Origin: Paraspadella gotoi
Lineage: Eukaryota; Animalia; Chaetognatha
NCBI GenBank assembly: GCA_051294375.1
Contig: CM119263.1
Location: 15,912,532 to 15,976,531, forward strand
Length of the DNA stretch: 64,000 bases
Direction of reading: 5' to 3'
Shown piece by piece: positions 1 through 12,700 of this stretch (its first letter is position 1; every line of letters starts with the position of its first letter). The position numbers and the translations under genes were made by a program. The notes below the pieces were generated by a model that saw only the letters and a program-made list of their open reading frames with translations, made no database searches and was not told the DNA's origin.

Positions 1-841
1 TTCGTTCTCGTTTAACTCAACTCGACCGCTAAGCGGTTGTTGTGATCCTCTTTATGGACTAAGTCCCGAAAAAAAAAGGTTTTCCTTCTTTTCCTTGTTG
101 AATTCGCGTCGTGAATTAACACAGCCATAGGAACCTCCACGAGAGGCGGAATCATTCGTCTCTATTGGAACTAATTCTCGCCAGAGTCCGAAGATAGTTT
201 TAAATTGTTTGTTCCTGTTGTTAATTTTTTATTTTTGGTAAGTTTATACGATTAACATCCATGACAATATGTAAAAAAATAAAATTAATTATGTTTCTTA
301 TATTTTTTATCAAATTAGATTTAGGTCTCTCTCACGGGTCTCTTTCGTTTAGCAGTTCAGTATTGCTGTTTTTTTTTTTTTGCTTAAATCTCGAACTTTT
401 AACAATTAACCCGATAGTTTATTGGAATTTACATTTGTTTTGTCTTTGTTCAATGGTGTTTGGAGGCGGAAAGGTATGTNNNNNNNNNNNNNNNNNNNNN
501 NNNNNNNNNNNNNNNNNNNNNNNNNNNNNNNNNNNNNNNNNNNNNNNNNNNNNNNNNNNNNNNNNNNNNNNNNNNNNNNNNNNNNNNNNNNNNNNNNNNN
601 NNNNNNNNNNNNNNNNNNNNNNNNNNNNNNNNNNNNNNNNNNNNNNNNNNNNNNNNNNNNNNNNNNNNNNNNNNNNNNNNNNNNNNNNNNNNNNNNNNNN
701 NNNNNNNNNNNNNNNNNNNNNNNNNNNNNNNNNNNNNNNNNNNNNNNNNNNNNNNNNNNNNNNNNNNNNNNNNNNNNNNNNNNNNNNNNNNNNNNNNNNN
801 NNNNNNNNNNNNNNNNNNNNNNNNNNNNNNNNNNNNNNNNN

Positions 842-1771
842 GTCCGATGCCCCAAAACTTACCAGAAGGCCAAACCTTCGATGCTTTTGAAAGGCAGGTT
901 CTGCCAAAAAAATTTATGATTTGTCAATGCTTTCATTTATCACAAGCGACGTCTCCTTAATCAACCAATCAATCAATTTGTGAAAAATGTGAAGAAGTAA
1001 AAAGAAGGAATTATATACTGAGAACTATTTGAAATTTTCTTATTATTCAGAGGATGCCCCCCTTCGTCAGGGTCGTCTTGCGACGCGTGTCGTTTTAGTC
1101 TTTTCCGCAATCAGCACTGTTGTCCAACGCTTGTAGACGGCCAATGTCAATGGAGTTGTCTGGCGACGATCAGTCGATCATCGCGCCCAGGGGCGTGTCC
1201 GGCCGGGATGATGTCCAGACCTTCGAGGGTACGCTTAACCAGAACCGTTGGTCAATATTAGGCAACGATACAATTTCTGGAATTGTCTACGAGAAGTAGT
1301 AAAAGCTTTCGTTACTTATAGGGAAATGGGATGACGCGGAACGATTCTTGCAAAGTTCTATGTACTTAAATTAATAAATTAATGAATCATTTAAATAAAT
1401 CCTTTAGTTCAACCCAAGCAGCCACGCTTTCCGTTGGGCGCCGTCCTTTTGCGAATGGGTGAGCGCGAACAAGGTGAGTGCTATAAATCAGTTAATCCAT
1501 CCACTCGCCGAACTTTAAACCAAAACGTTGTCTCTCTCAGCAATTAAGCTCCTCCTACGAATGCCGATACGATGAAGACTGCACCCCTGGACAAAAATGC
1601 TGTCGGCCTCTTCCTACGGCCGACAACGTCTTCGAGACTTGCAGCCGGAAATGCGTTCCGGCGGTGGAAGAAATTCCGGCGGTGAGCGTCGAAGAATCTC
1701 CCGCGGGTGCAACGACGGCGTCTGATGAAGCGTCGGGAACTTTGTCCAAACCACAGAAGCCAGCGGCTTAG
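842..1771 (+). CDS. Double WAP (four-disulfide core) domain protein, 5' part interrupted by assembly gap
   Basis: Exons <842-897, 1051-1228, 1408-1458, 1541-1771 join in frame at GT-AG sites. Product: ..VRCPKTYQKAKPSMLLKGRGCPPSSGSSCDACRFSLFRNQHCCPTLVDGQCQWSCLATISRSSRPGACPAGMMSRPSRFNPSSHAFRWAPSFCEWQLSSSYECRYDEDCTPGQKCCRPLPTADNVFETCSRKCVPAVEE..KPAA*. Two 8-Cys units; the second has the classic WAP motifs RPGACP and CxxDxDCxxxxKCC..CxxxC. Candidate signal-peptide exon 418-473 (FIGIYICFVFVQWCLEAE, donor GTATGT) lies before the gap; start codon not found. Confidence 0.85.
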
Positions 1772-3374
1772 ATTTTCAAGATTTTTGCAAAAAAATGTCA
1801 TGTTTTGTAATTAGTACTAGTATTCTAATGTTTTTGGCAAAGGCAGCGTTCAGTGCCTCGTACAGTACCCGAAAAAATTAAATCAATTTTTGATACATAC
1901 TGAGATGACCTCAAAATTTAAGACGCAGGAATCACACAGTATTGGACATGTTTNNNNNNNNNNAACTCAAGCACAAACGTTTAAACGAGTTTCACAAAAG
2001 GATAGCTAGTTCTTAACAATTGATTTTTAATATTTCTAGTTCACTTTCAAAGGTCACCTAATCAGTCTCTATTTAGGTGGATAAGAAATTAATATTTGAT
2101 GTTTGATAATTGTAGATATATGATTTTTATTCTTTTATTTCTGCAGATTCGAAAACGAAAGTTTTTAGTATTTTTTAAAACGATTTTTATTACANNNNNN
2201 NNNNAAAATTACACAATGTCTTTTATTTCTATAACTTTTCTTTTTCATTTACAATAAACTGAAAGTAAAAAGGATAACAATTTTTAACTCTGTGGATTTA
2301 ATCTGTTTCATATCTGCAGCCTCTGTCTCTTGCGAGATCAACCAAAACATTGGGCGCCAGGGGCAACTATTCCATTACGACTCCTTGAGGACAGAATAAA
2401 TTCACCATCAAAGATCGGGCGTCGTTGTTAGTTATGGTAAATTTTCGTTGCAGTTACATAGAGAGGAAAGCGGTTGCTGGCCAGTATGTCATTTCCAATT
2501 TATATCTTACTATCAACATTTCTACTTAATATGTAACTCGGCGTATTCTGTATCGGACTGTTGCGTCCGTAACGAAGAAGAGCAATTAGGCTTCGTTTCT
2601 CGTTTTTCTTTTGTTTGTTTGTTTTTTGGGTTTTTTTTGTTCCTTCATACGACCCAATCGTCCAAGATCGCATATCAATAAAATTCACATTGCTTAAACT
2701 ACAAACCCACGCTCTACAAGAACCTTAATTAAATATTTCAATTAATATTTGTACGTGGCGTATTTGGCGCTCTGCCAGGAAGAAGACATCGAAGGTGTCA
2801 ACTTCGCTTTGACGAAAATGAGGATGAACATTGGTAACAACGACAACAATGGACAACAACGACGACGACGACGACGAGAGTCCTATAGACAATAAACTAA
2901 GTAATTTTTGACAACGACGAAAACAATTTAAAACGATAACCAATTACGTAGACAATTAGTATCGCATAAATAAATTCTAAATGAGACTCAAGTTTATTCC
3001 CGATAATAGCGATTATTCCCGAAATCAAAAACAACAACAACAACAACGAGGACGACATCCCCAAAAAGAACAACAATAACAACGCCGCCGCCCTGAATTC
3101 CAACTTTTTTGTCATTGAGATCGAATCCGCGGTTTGATTGTGATTGTGATTTCCCGAAAAAAATCTTTAAAAAAGATTCCCACTTTCCTTTTTCTCTCTC
3201 CATTTTTTTTCTCTTTATGATTTCCCCCTTTTTTTTTCTGCCTTCGCTAGAATGAGTTCCGTGAATTAATTCTGATTTTCCATATGAAAGGACGAGAAAA
3301 TTCTGGCCGTAAGAAAGAAAGAGAAGGAGAAAGGGAGAAGGATAAATAAAAGGGAAAAAAGGAAGGAACTGACA

Positions 3375-3422
<48 letters not shown>

Positions 3423-3489
3423 GCAGGAAGCACACTTTTTGCCGAGAGAAAAATTTCATCGGTTTGACGTCTACAAATAAAGAAAAGAA

Positions 3490-4376
3490 ATGGATGCTCC
3501 GATATCAAGGAATTGGTTTTTCTTCCTGACGATTTTTTGTTTGGTAAGAAACGGATTTCGATAAGTTTACCTTTCTCTTCTACTCCAATTAAATCATTAA
3601 AATTTTCAGTTAAACCATTTCTTCCCTATCTTTAGAGATTTTGTTCTTTTTTTAAATATTCTGAAAGTAACTTCCGCAGATCTAATATATGTATTCTTCA
3701 GTTTGGTTTGAGCCAAATGACTGACTTTCAGAAAATTCCGGGCCTCATTTTCAAAGTGAATTGATAGGCACATTATTATCTTACTTAAAATAATTTTAAA
3801 CTATTAATGAGAAAGACGCGATTTTTTTTTAGTAATGCCCACAATTTGCGACTAATCTGTTTTGTATTATTTAAGGTGGGATGGCGCCAAGTTTCCGCGA
3901 ACACGTTGGTAGAGGGTGTGCCGGCGGTGCCCGTGGCCGAAGCCCCTCAAGGACGCACCCTTTCCCCAATTGTTGGCGGCACGTGCAAGATTTTCTGCGA
4001 CGGCGTTTACAAAGTGAGTCACGTGTTTCGATACATCTCTCTGACTTTTCTTTTTGATCCGTTAGAATTTATAAAGTACTTAGGATTCCACATCTTTAGT
4101 TTTCTAAGCTTTGCGTTCCATTAAATGTATTTTTTTTTATTACAGAAATTTGACATGACGAACATGCAAGTAATTCTTCCATGCGACAGCGTCTGCGTGG
4201 TCGTCGACGTAAGATTTTCTATTATACTATAAACAAATAATAATATTATTAATAATTATTAATATTTGATAATAAATAACATTTTTTGACCGCAGTTATT
4301 ATGTCAAGGAGTCGTGGACGCGACCGTGATGGGCATAACTGGCCCCAACTCCCCAACGCAGCAGAGCAGAAGATAA
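3490..4376 (+). CDS. Small secreted cysteine-containing protein, 111 aa, family not recognised
   Basis: Exons 3490-3543, 3876-4013, 4146-4208, 4296-4376, all phase 0, donors GTAAGA/GTGAGT/GTAAGA. Product: MDAPISRNWFFFLTIFCLVGWRQVSANTLVEGVPAVPVAEAPQGRTLSPIVGGTCKIFCDGVYKKFDMTNMQVILPCDSVCVVVDLLCQGVVDATVMGITGPNSPTQQSRR*. Hydrophobic N-terminus ending VSA resembles a signal peptide. Confidence 0.8.
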
Positions 4377-5295
4377 ACACTTTTTTTTATCACCGCAATA
4401 ATTCGCTTTTTCTATTTGTCTTCTCGTCTTGCGCAAACAAGTCCTTTTTGTTAGTAATGTAGTATGATAAATTTAAATGGTATCTAGGAATCTAGGTATC
4501 TAGGAATTGTAGAAATTTCATAACGGAAAGCGCTGTCTTTTTTTTGTCTTTTTTTTCAAAACGTATTTAAAAATTAACGGTCCATTCAGAGAAAAGAATT
4601 GGCCTTTTCTAATATTTCTAATATTTAGAATTTTGATAAAACGAAATCACCATTTAGTTTGTCATCACAATAATAAATAATAAATTAAAATTAAAATCAA
4701 AGTTTAAAAACAAAAATTAAAATTACTAAACTACTGGTCCCGAGTAATAATGGCGTTAGTTATAATTAATGTTTTGAGAAGCCATATATTTTTGCAAACA
4801 GCTCCGGTCGCTTTATGAATGATTCAGTTATGAAAACGTCCAACCCGAATTCGTGTTTTTTCCCATAAAATGAAAACCGAGAGAAGTGGAGACCGGATGA
4901 AATCCCAGTTTGTTTTTGTTTCTTGTTTGTCATTTTTGCGATTTTGTTTAATGATGATCGCGGAAGGCAAGATGAACAAATATTAGTACATAATAAAAAA
5001 TAAAATTCTTGATTTCCTTATTCTCAAAAAATAAGCGTAAAATGTTTTCATTCCAGACTTCGGCCTTTGACCACTCAATTCAGACCAAAAAAAAAACAAA
5101 CAAAACGCTGATTCGGTAGATCCTTTGCTTAGGTTTAATCTTCTGGTTAATTGGACGAGTTTCGTTGATGAGTTTCCCGCTCGCGTCCTGGGATGTAGAC
5201 TGGAGACTGAAGACTAGAGACGGTGAGGGTCAGTTGCTGAACGGGGAGGAAACCAAAATTAGAACAAAATACCCAAAAATAGTCACGATTACCTT

Positions 5296-5383
<88 letters not shown>

Positions 5384-5953
5384 ATCGCTTTCGCTCTCTT
5401 CCTTTCTTGAGCCAAAAGTCACGCGTGAAACAAAAGAGCAGCTTTTGGCTCCCTCTCCTTCACGCGAATCGAATCACTGCTTAGTGTGATTCTCCGGCCG
5501 ACGTAGCCGACGTAGCCGACAAAAACGCGACCGACTTATCGATATTGCTCCATTGGCGCAGTTTTCCGGATTTGCGTTGACTCCACCGACTAAACCAACG
5601 TCCCCACAGCTGTAACATTTACAGAGTTACGAAATAAAACTACATCTGCTAGTTATATTTAGTTTTCTTTTATTTACGGTTGTGCTTGTTGATTCAATAT
5701 ACGCCCTCGCCATTGCCATGAATATTGACGGAGTTTAAGTCATGACGAATGCTTACAATTCCATGATTAATTCCAGCACCGTCAGTGAAACAATAACTAC
5801 GCTCGAGCCAGAACTGTCGCCATCCCCTCCGCCATTGTGACACGCCGATGCCGCCGCCGCCGCCGCCGACGCCGCTTCCAAAGCCGACGCGACGTCTCAG
5901 CCAACGCGTTCCCTCACGTGGCATTAACGCCGCGGGCCGCTGCCATTTCACGT

Positions 5954-5984
<31 letters not shown>

Positions 5985-6570
5985 AACAGCTGAGACAGCG
6001 AAACGCGCAAAGGGTTTCGGGACGGTAGTGGGGGAAAGAGGGAGGGAGAAAGAGACGAAAGGTGGAAAGGGAGAGGGAACTGGCGACGCACCCGACGCTC
6101 GCCGCGGCGGAGCAGCCGAGGCAGCGTCCCAGCGGCGGACCTGCGTCCCTCGCGCCTTAGACTAAAAGGCTCGGGACATTTTAAAGCCTCTTTTGTCTTT
6201 GACGAACCAGACGACGACCATAGGGACGACGATAGGGACGACGAAGGAAAAACCAAAAGAGAAAGACGACGAGATTAGAAGGATAAGAGGAAAGATTACG
6301 AAAAATTACCCGGCTCTTCGGACGAATGAACATCCACTGATATCATTTTTTCTTTGTATCTACTATGTTTATACTCTAAATTACGTTTCGTTACTATTTT
6401 TAATTCGTAGTTTCAGTTCCTTTTGCTTCTTCCAGTTTTCAAATTGGTTCTCAGGTTTCCTCGTCAAGGTTTTCAGTTGAGCCTCGAGTTGATTTTTCCC
6501 GATGCCGTTTTTCGGGGTCTGGATTTCGGTTGGATCTCCAGGCAATTAACGCCAAGAAAAGAAGGGGACC

Positions 6571-6642
<72 letters not shown>

Positions 6643-6904
6643 AAAGGGAAAAAAAAAATACTCCTCAATTTTCGCGTTTGCTTTGGACTCGAGTGACATG
6701 AAAGTCTGTTATCTCTAAGCTTTTCGGTTGTTTGCCTTTTTCAACCTTTTTTATCACTTAGTCTCTCCCCATCTTTTTCATCCAAAATAATATTTTTTCA
6801 ACGAATAAACTGAAACAAAAAAGAGAAAAGCGACCGAAAAAATTAAAAAGAAACACAGAAAGAAATAAAGAGAGAAATAAAGAAAGGTCGAAAGAAATAA
6901 AGAA

Positions 6905-6923
6905 AGGTCGAAAGAAAGAAAGC

Positions 6924-7005
<82 letters not shown>
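6905..7005. repeat. (GAAA)n tetranucleotide microsatellite
   Basis: Direct reading; boundaries approximate. Confidence 0.9.
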
Positions 7006-7006
<1 letters not shown>

Positions 7007-8343
7007 GTAAATAATAATAATAATAATAATTACGCCCAAATAACAGAGATTCAACCGGGAAAGTCAAGATAAAAAAATTCAAAAAAGGCAAAGACCTCAT
7101 AAAAGAAACTAAAAAAAGATGCGACTAAATACGAGGATAAAAAGTTAATTAGGTAAAACACGACAAGGCCAGAAATACACATATGTGAGAGCGAGAGAGA
7201 GAAAGAAATTTTAAAAGAAAGGAGATGAATACTACTCGGACTCTCTCTTTCTTCCTATCTTGCTCTCTTTCTCTCTATTTTTCTCCCTCATTCTCTTTCT
7301 TAAGCCGCTGCGTGAATTCAGATTAGATTTCATTCTTTTCTTTCGACTCATTTCTTTAACTTTTTTTTTCTTTTTCATCAGGCAAAGATATTTTAAAATA
7401 AAAAAAAAGAAGAAATCCTAGAAATATATCTCTGCCTCTCACTCTTTCTTTCTCTCAAAATCCCCTTTATGCTCAGTTGATTTTCATACCCCTGCCCAGC
7501 GCGAGGCCCGCCGTGCGTTTTCTTTATGACTGTTATCGTGGCCCTGCTGTAAATCACTGGCTACGTGAGAGGAGTTCTGTAAAGGTCGGATTTTTATGAG
7601 GAAAAGGTGAGTAACATTGGGGAAATGAAAAGAAACGAAACGAATCGAATGATGGAATGAAGGAATTAATGAATTAATGAATAATTGAATAAATTAAATA
7701 CTTATGGTGTGTAATATTTGAATTAATAAATTAATTATTTAATTAACTGGTTAGTGAAACTATGATTGAAATAAGCGAATGAGCAATTAAAAAAATAGTA
7801 AACAATATAAATATTAGTTAATACGTCAATATGTGAAATGTGAAATTAAATGAAGTAAGTATATTAATAAGTAAGTTAGTATCAGCGACTCCTTTTAATG
7901 GTACAAGCGCAAGAAACCGCGCGAAAACACGAAATAATCATAATGGGTTTTGAACGCATGTCATGCATGCACGACTTGACAAACCTTGGCGGGATGTCTG
8001 AGTGAATTCGAATTCAAGTTTGAGAGGAAGCGAAATGGAAGGGGATTCAACGGCTGCGGCGGCGGCGGCGGCGGCGGATCGGAAGTCGGAACATCGATTC
8101 TCTCACTTCTTTATCTTCTCTCTTTTTTTCCCCCTCGCTTCTTTTCTTTCCTTCTTTTCTGTTTTCCTCCTCTCTCCTTTCCTTTCTTCATCCTCTATTT
8201 TTTTACCTCTCGATTCTTCCTTCCTCCGACTCTCTTCTGCTCTCTCCTCTCTCTCCTCCCACAAACGGCCGAAGGCACGGAAACGAGTTTTCCCCTTTTC
8301 CCAAAATGGCGCTGGAATGGAAGCATGAGGCTAGCGATGCTTG

Positions 8344-8348
<5 letters not shown>

Positions 8349-8379
<31 letters not shown>

Positions 8380-8527
8380 GCCAACGGTTTTGCCATTTTT
8401 AAACATTGTAATTTGGATTATTCCGGTTATCATGTAATAAAACAAATCAATCGGCTTANNNNNNNNNNNNNNNNNNNNNNNNNAAACAGACGACGGTAGA
8501 GAGAGGAGAGGACGAGAGGAGAGAGAG

Positions 8528-8565
<38 letters not shown>

Positions 8566-8648
8566 TAAGGCCAACGGTTTTGCCATTTTTAAACATTGTA
8601 ATTTGGATTATTCCGGTTATCATGTAATGATAAACACAAATCAACGGC
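8349..8648. other. Near-identical ~110-bp segments on both sides of an N gap (probable unmerged contig overlap or haplotypes)
   Basis: (GA)n-ggccaacggttttgccatttttaaacattgtaatttggattattccggttatcatgtaat occurs before and after gap 8459-8483. Confidence 0.75.
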
Positions 8649-9710
8649 AAGAAAAAGGGTCATTCAATTCCACACTTTAAAATAGGCCAAAATGAAGTAT
8701 CAAATTCAGAAGCTGAGCTCCTGGCGATTCCGAAAATGTATTCACTTTAACATTTGATGCATTTCTACCAGCCATTTTATACGGTTTAAATTATAATATA
8801 CAAAGTAAAAGAAACTATCTAAAGAGATTGCAAGGTCAAACGACGAAAGCCAATCCATCTGATATTTTTTATGAATTTTTTATTAAGTGAAGTTCGAAAA
8901 ATGTAACTAGAGATGACCATTTTTAAATTCTCAACTTGTAAACCTAGACAAATGAACGTTTTTTAAACGCTTTAACCCTGATTCTTCTAAACTGGAACCG
9001 CGTTTATCAAAATGTCTCTCTTTATACATTTTTACAAATTTTTTAAGATGCTAACTAAATTTTAATATCAATACATTATTAGTCGTTTAGGGCTGGCAAA
9101 CTCTTCAAATTCACGTGTAGATTCCATTGTAGCTCGAATTTCTTTACATCTATTTAACTGAAAGATTTTTTCCTGACTGGAAAACCAACAGTACTAACGA
9201 GATTAAATTGTTTAATTTCTCCCTTCAACAACTAACCATACCATGTTTTAACTTCTTACCTAGAACTTTTTTAACAAACAGATTGACAAAACAAATCTTT
9301 AAAAAAATGGTGCTTACCATTTAACTTACAATTTTGTTATTTACCCATTTAAAAAATGTTAAAACAGAATGTTTACATATAAATACAAAACCTTATTTTT
9401 TTGTGATTACTGACTCGATTATAACTGTATTTCTCGATTATTAGCTCTAATACATCAATGACTTACCGTTATTGTTATGGCTGACATGACCTTTCCTCTT
9501 AAAAGCGAAATAATCGTTGACAGATTTCTTTTTACTTTAACAGAGAGTACTCTTTTAATATTAGTTAGATATATAGTAGTTATATATAAATCGTTAAAAT
9601 TCGAAACAAATTGTCCAGGTTTAGTCATTCATGTTAAAAAATAAAATTACTATAATCGCAGTCAACTTGGGACATATTTTTAACATTATGAAACAAACAT
9701 GAATACAGAG

Positions 9711-9722
9711 TCAGACAGAGAG

Positions 9723-9759
<37 letters not shown>

Positions 9760-12700
9760 AAGCTCTTCCGTGGCGGCTCCCTACTTCCGCGACAATGGAT
9801 ATCAGTCCTCTGGCTCCAGCTTGAGGACCGGATCGTCTCCAGCTCGGCACCGTCGTGCAGAAGCGTCAGCGAAGTGGCGCGGGCATTCCTGACAGTCACG
9901 CCTTCTCCAAGGTGGCGTTCTAAGGAGAGTGCAGCGCCCCCACTGGCGCTACAGAACGTTGAGACGTCGACGAGAGGCGGATAACGACAATCTAATGAAG
10001 GTCTGAGAATAGTAAAATAGATTAAAAAAATTAAATATACAATTTATATGTACATTGTACAACATATACAACAAGAAGAAGATATGGTTGTCTGCACTAC
10101 TACTTGGATATAAATTGACATCTCGTCAATTCTCTAATTTTATGAATATAAGCTTTAATTAAGTTATTTGGTTTGGTTAATTTTATATGATATTCATTAA
10201 ATCTTCAACTAATAGAATCAAAAATAAATAAATTTGATCCCCTAAATCTTACTTCTCTACCTGAATAACGTGAAGACGGCCTCCTTGCTTGGCAACGCCA
10301 TCGTCTTGTCGTCCAAGTCCGATCTGAGATTCGGAAGCGGACGCAGGGAGATGAGATCCACGTCACAAGGAAATGGCGCCGCTGATCTCGCGGACTTGGG
10401 CGTCATTGCCCGCGATTGCGAATCAGAAGGCGCCGGCGCCGGTGACTGCGGAACCGCGTTCTCTTCGACCTACGTTGTAAACGTATCTTTAATCTTACTT
10501 TCTGAGTGATCGATCGATAGATTGATTGAGTTGATTTTTTGGATTTTTTTAAACACGCGGCACCTCAGCCGCCGCAGGCGCCGCCCACGCCCCCGCAACT
10601 GCCGCCGCCGCTTTGACCACCTTCGGCTCCGCGCTGAAAAAGACTTCCAACGGCGAATTGAGGCGGCGACGAAGTTGGTGAGCGGCGAGAGAAAGGAGCG
10701 GGATCGCCGGCTCCTTCGTCTCTTCCTTCCAGCGTTCCTCTAAAGTGAGATCATACTGGAGCATCGAGAGTTTATTATCCAAAACTCCCTGTCTCATGCC
10801 GCGCCCGTCGTCCCCCAGTAGGCGGCGATCTTGCATCACTTCCAGGCTGCCGTCATGCTGCGAAGAGACGCCCTGCGGCTGCGCGGAGAGCAGCGTCAAC
10901 CGTCGCTTCCCTTCGCCACCAACTCGGTCCTCGATAAACGCTGCCGACGGCATAGGGTAAAAGTTGCCCTGGATTAAAACCAATTGATCAGGGTGTAGGG
11001 TTAATGTTAAATGTTTTTATTGATATTGCTGTGAAAACAAAATTTAAAAAAAATGTGTGGCAATGGAGAGACATGTGTGATGCCCGGGGTGTGAGGCATC
11101 TCCCGACAGCTGGCGTTGAGGGATTTTGACCTGTAGTGACCACACCATGTCACTGGCGTGAGGGGATTGAACCCTGTTGGTGAACGAGTACTTAGCTGTC
11201 CAAGGCAATGAGACACCCAGCTATACGGGAGGGGAATTTAGGATTCACCACAAATGTCACTTTATTATAATGATATTTCCAATAAAAATTAGAAAAATCT
11301 GATAAAGCTACAATGATGACGATGATGATTTAACATTTTTCCAATTTTTGATTCTTTCATCACCAAAAAGCTTTACTACTTCGAATGGAGAAAACATTAA
11401 AAAAAAACTATTTGTAAATAAATACTCAACCGATTTAATTGCAAGTCATTTCAAAAATGTTTTTCCTTGGTATTAAAAAGTATCTCTGAAATGTATACAA
11501 TTTTATAAGAAAAGGTTTTCAAATCGAAAAAATGCTCCTTTCCTATTGATATTGATATTAATATATTGAAATATATTCTATTGACCTGGATTTGGAGTTT
11601 GGCGAAACGTTCCCGTCGCATCATTGCGAGGCCGTTGGCATCGCTGAAAAAGTTGGCGCCGGAATCGATGTCAGTGTCGATGCGCATCACGGGCTCGAGA
11701 TTGCTGGAATTCCTGAGCATGGTCAGATATTTTTTTCATCTTTTAATACTAATCAAATGATATTCTTAAGCTAACACTTATTACACTGTATTACTTTGAC
11801 AAATTCTCCCGACCCTTCCTTTTCCAATTTCTATCCTGTTTAACTATTATCACGGGCACACTGCTTTCAATGGCTTTTCCCCTTCCATTTCGATTTTTTT
11901 CCCCTTTTTCCTCCAACCTTCTTTCTATCATTCTGATTCTCTCCCAACTAACCCTTGGAGCAAAACGCGATTGGTGATGCGAAGCGATTGAAGCAGCTCA
12001 GAATAAGCGCAGGTCTGAAGTGAGAGGGAAGAAATATGGCCGTGCAGCCTTCGCCCTCCGACAATTTCCACGATGTGCTCGATCATGGGAAACACGACCC
12101 TGACCGTCGTCACCAAAGGGCCCTCGACGATCACTGACTTAATCGGATTTGAGCTTTCCTTCGCCGGGCCCGAGGGCAAGAAGACATAAGCTCCGCTCTT
12201 AGCCGATGGGTACCACCAAAAGCCGATCCGCGCGTCGAGATCGTTCCGCTGTTTAGTTCCAGCCTTAACTATCCTTCTCAAAAGCCCAGTGGCGCTATGA
12301 AACTCGGCCCCGAGGCATCCGTTGCTGAGCGAGAACCGATCTTGAGAAAGCCGTTTAGTAAAGGGAAACTGACCAGTTTCCAGAGTGAGGTTCACAACGG
12401 TCGCGGAATTGGCGTCAAAGGATGACGCTGGGATAACGGATTGGACGAACAGCCTCTTGATTTCAAATGGTTCCATCTCCGCCTCGATTACCAACTCGAG
12501 GAGGTTTAACTCGGAATCGCCACTGTCGGACCACACCGGTTCTATCTGGTGACGAAGGATCTTTCCAACCTCATTTGTTGCCGTCTTCACCTCAACGTGA
12601 CGCTGATTAATCCGCAGTCGAATTATCTCCCGGCGTTTGAAGGGAAGAGAGTTGACCAGGACGAGGAGTGTAACGGATGGAGCGTAGCCACGGACGTCTA

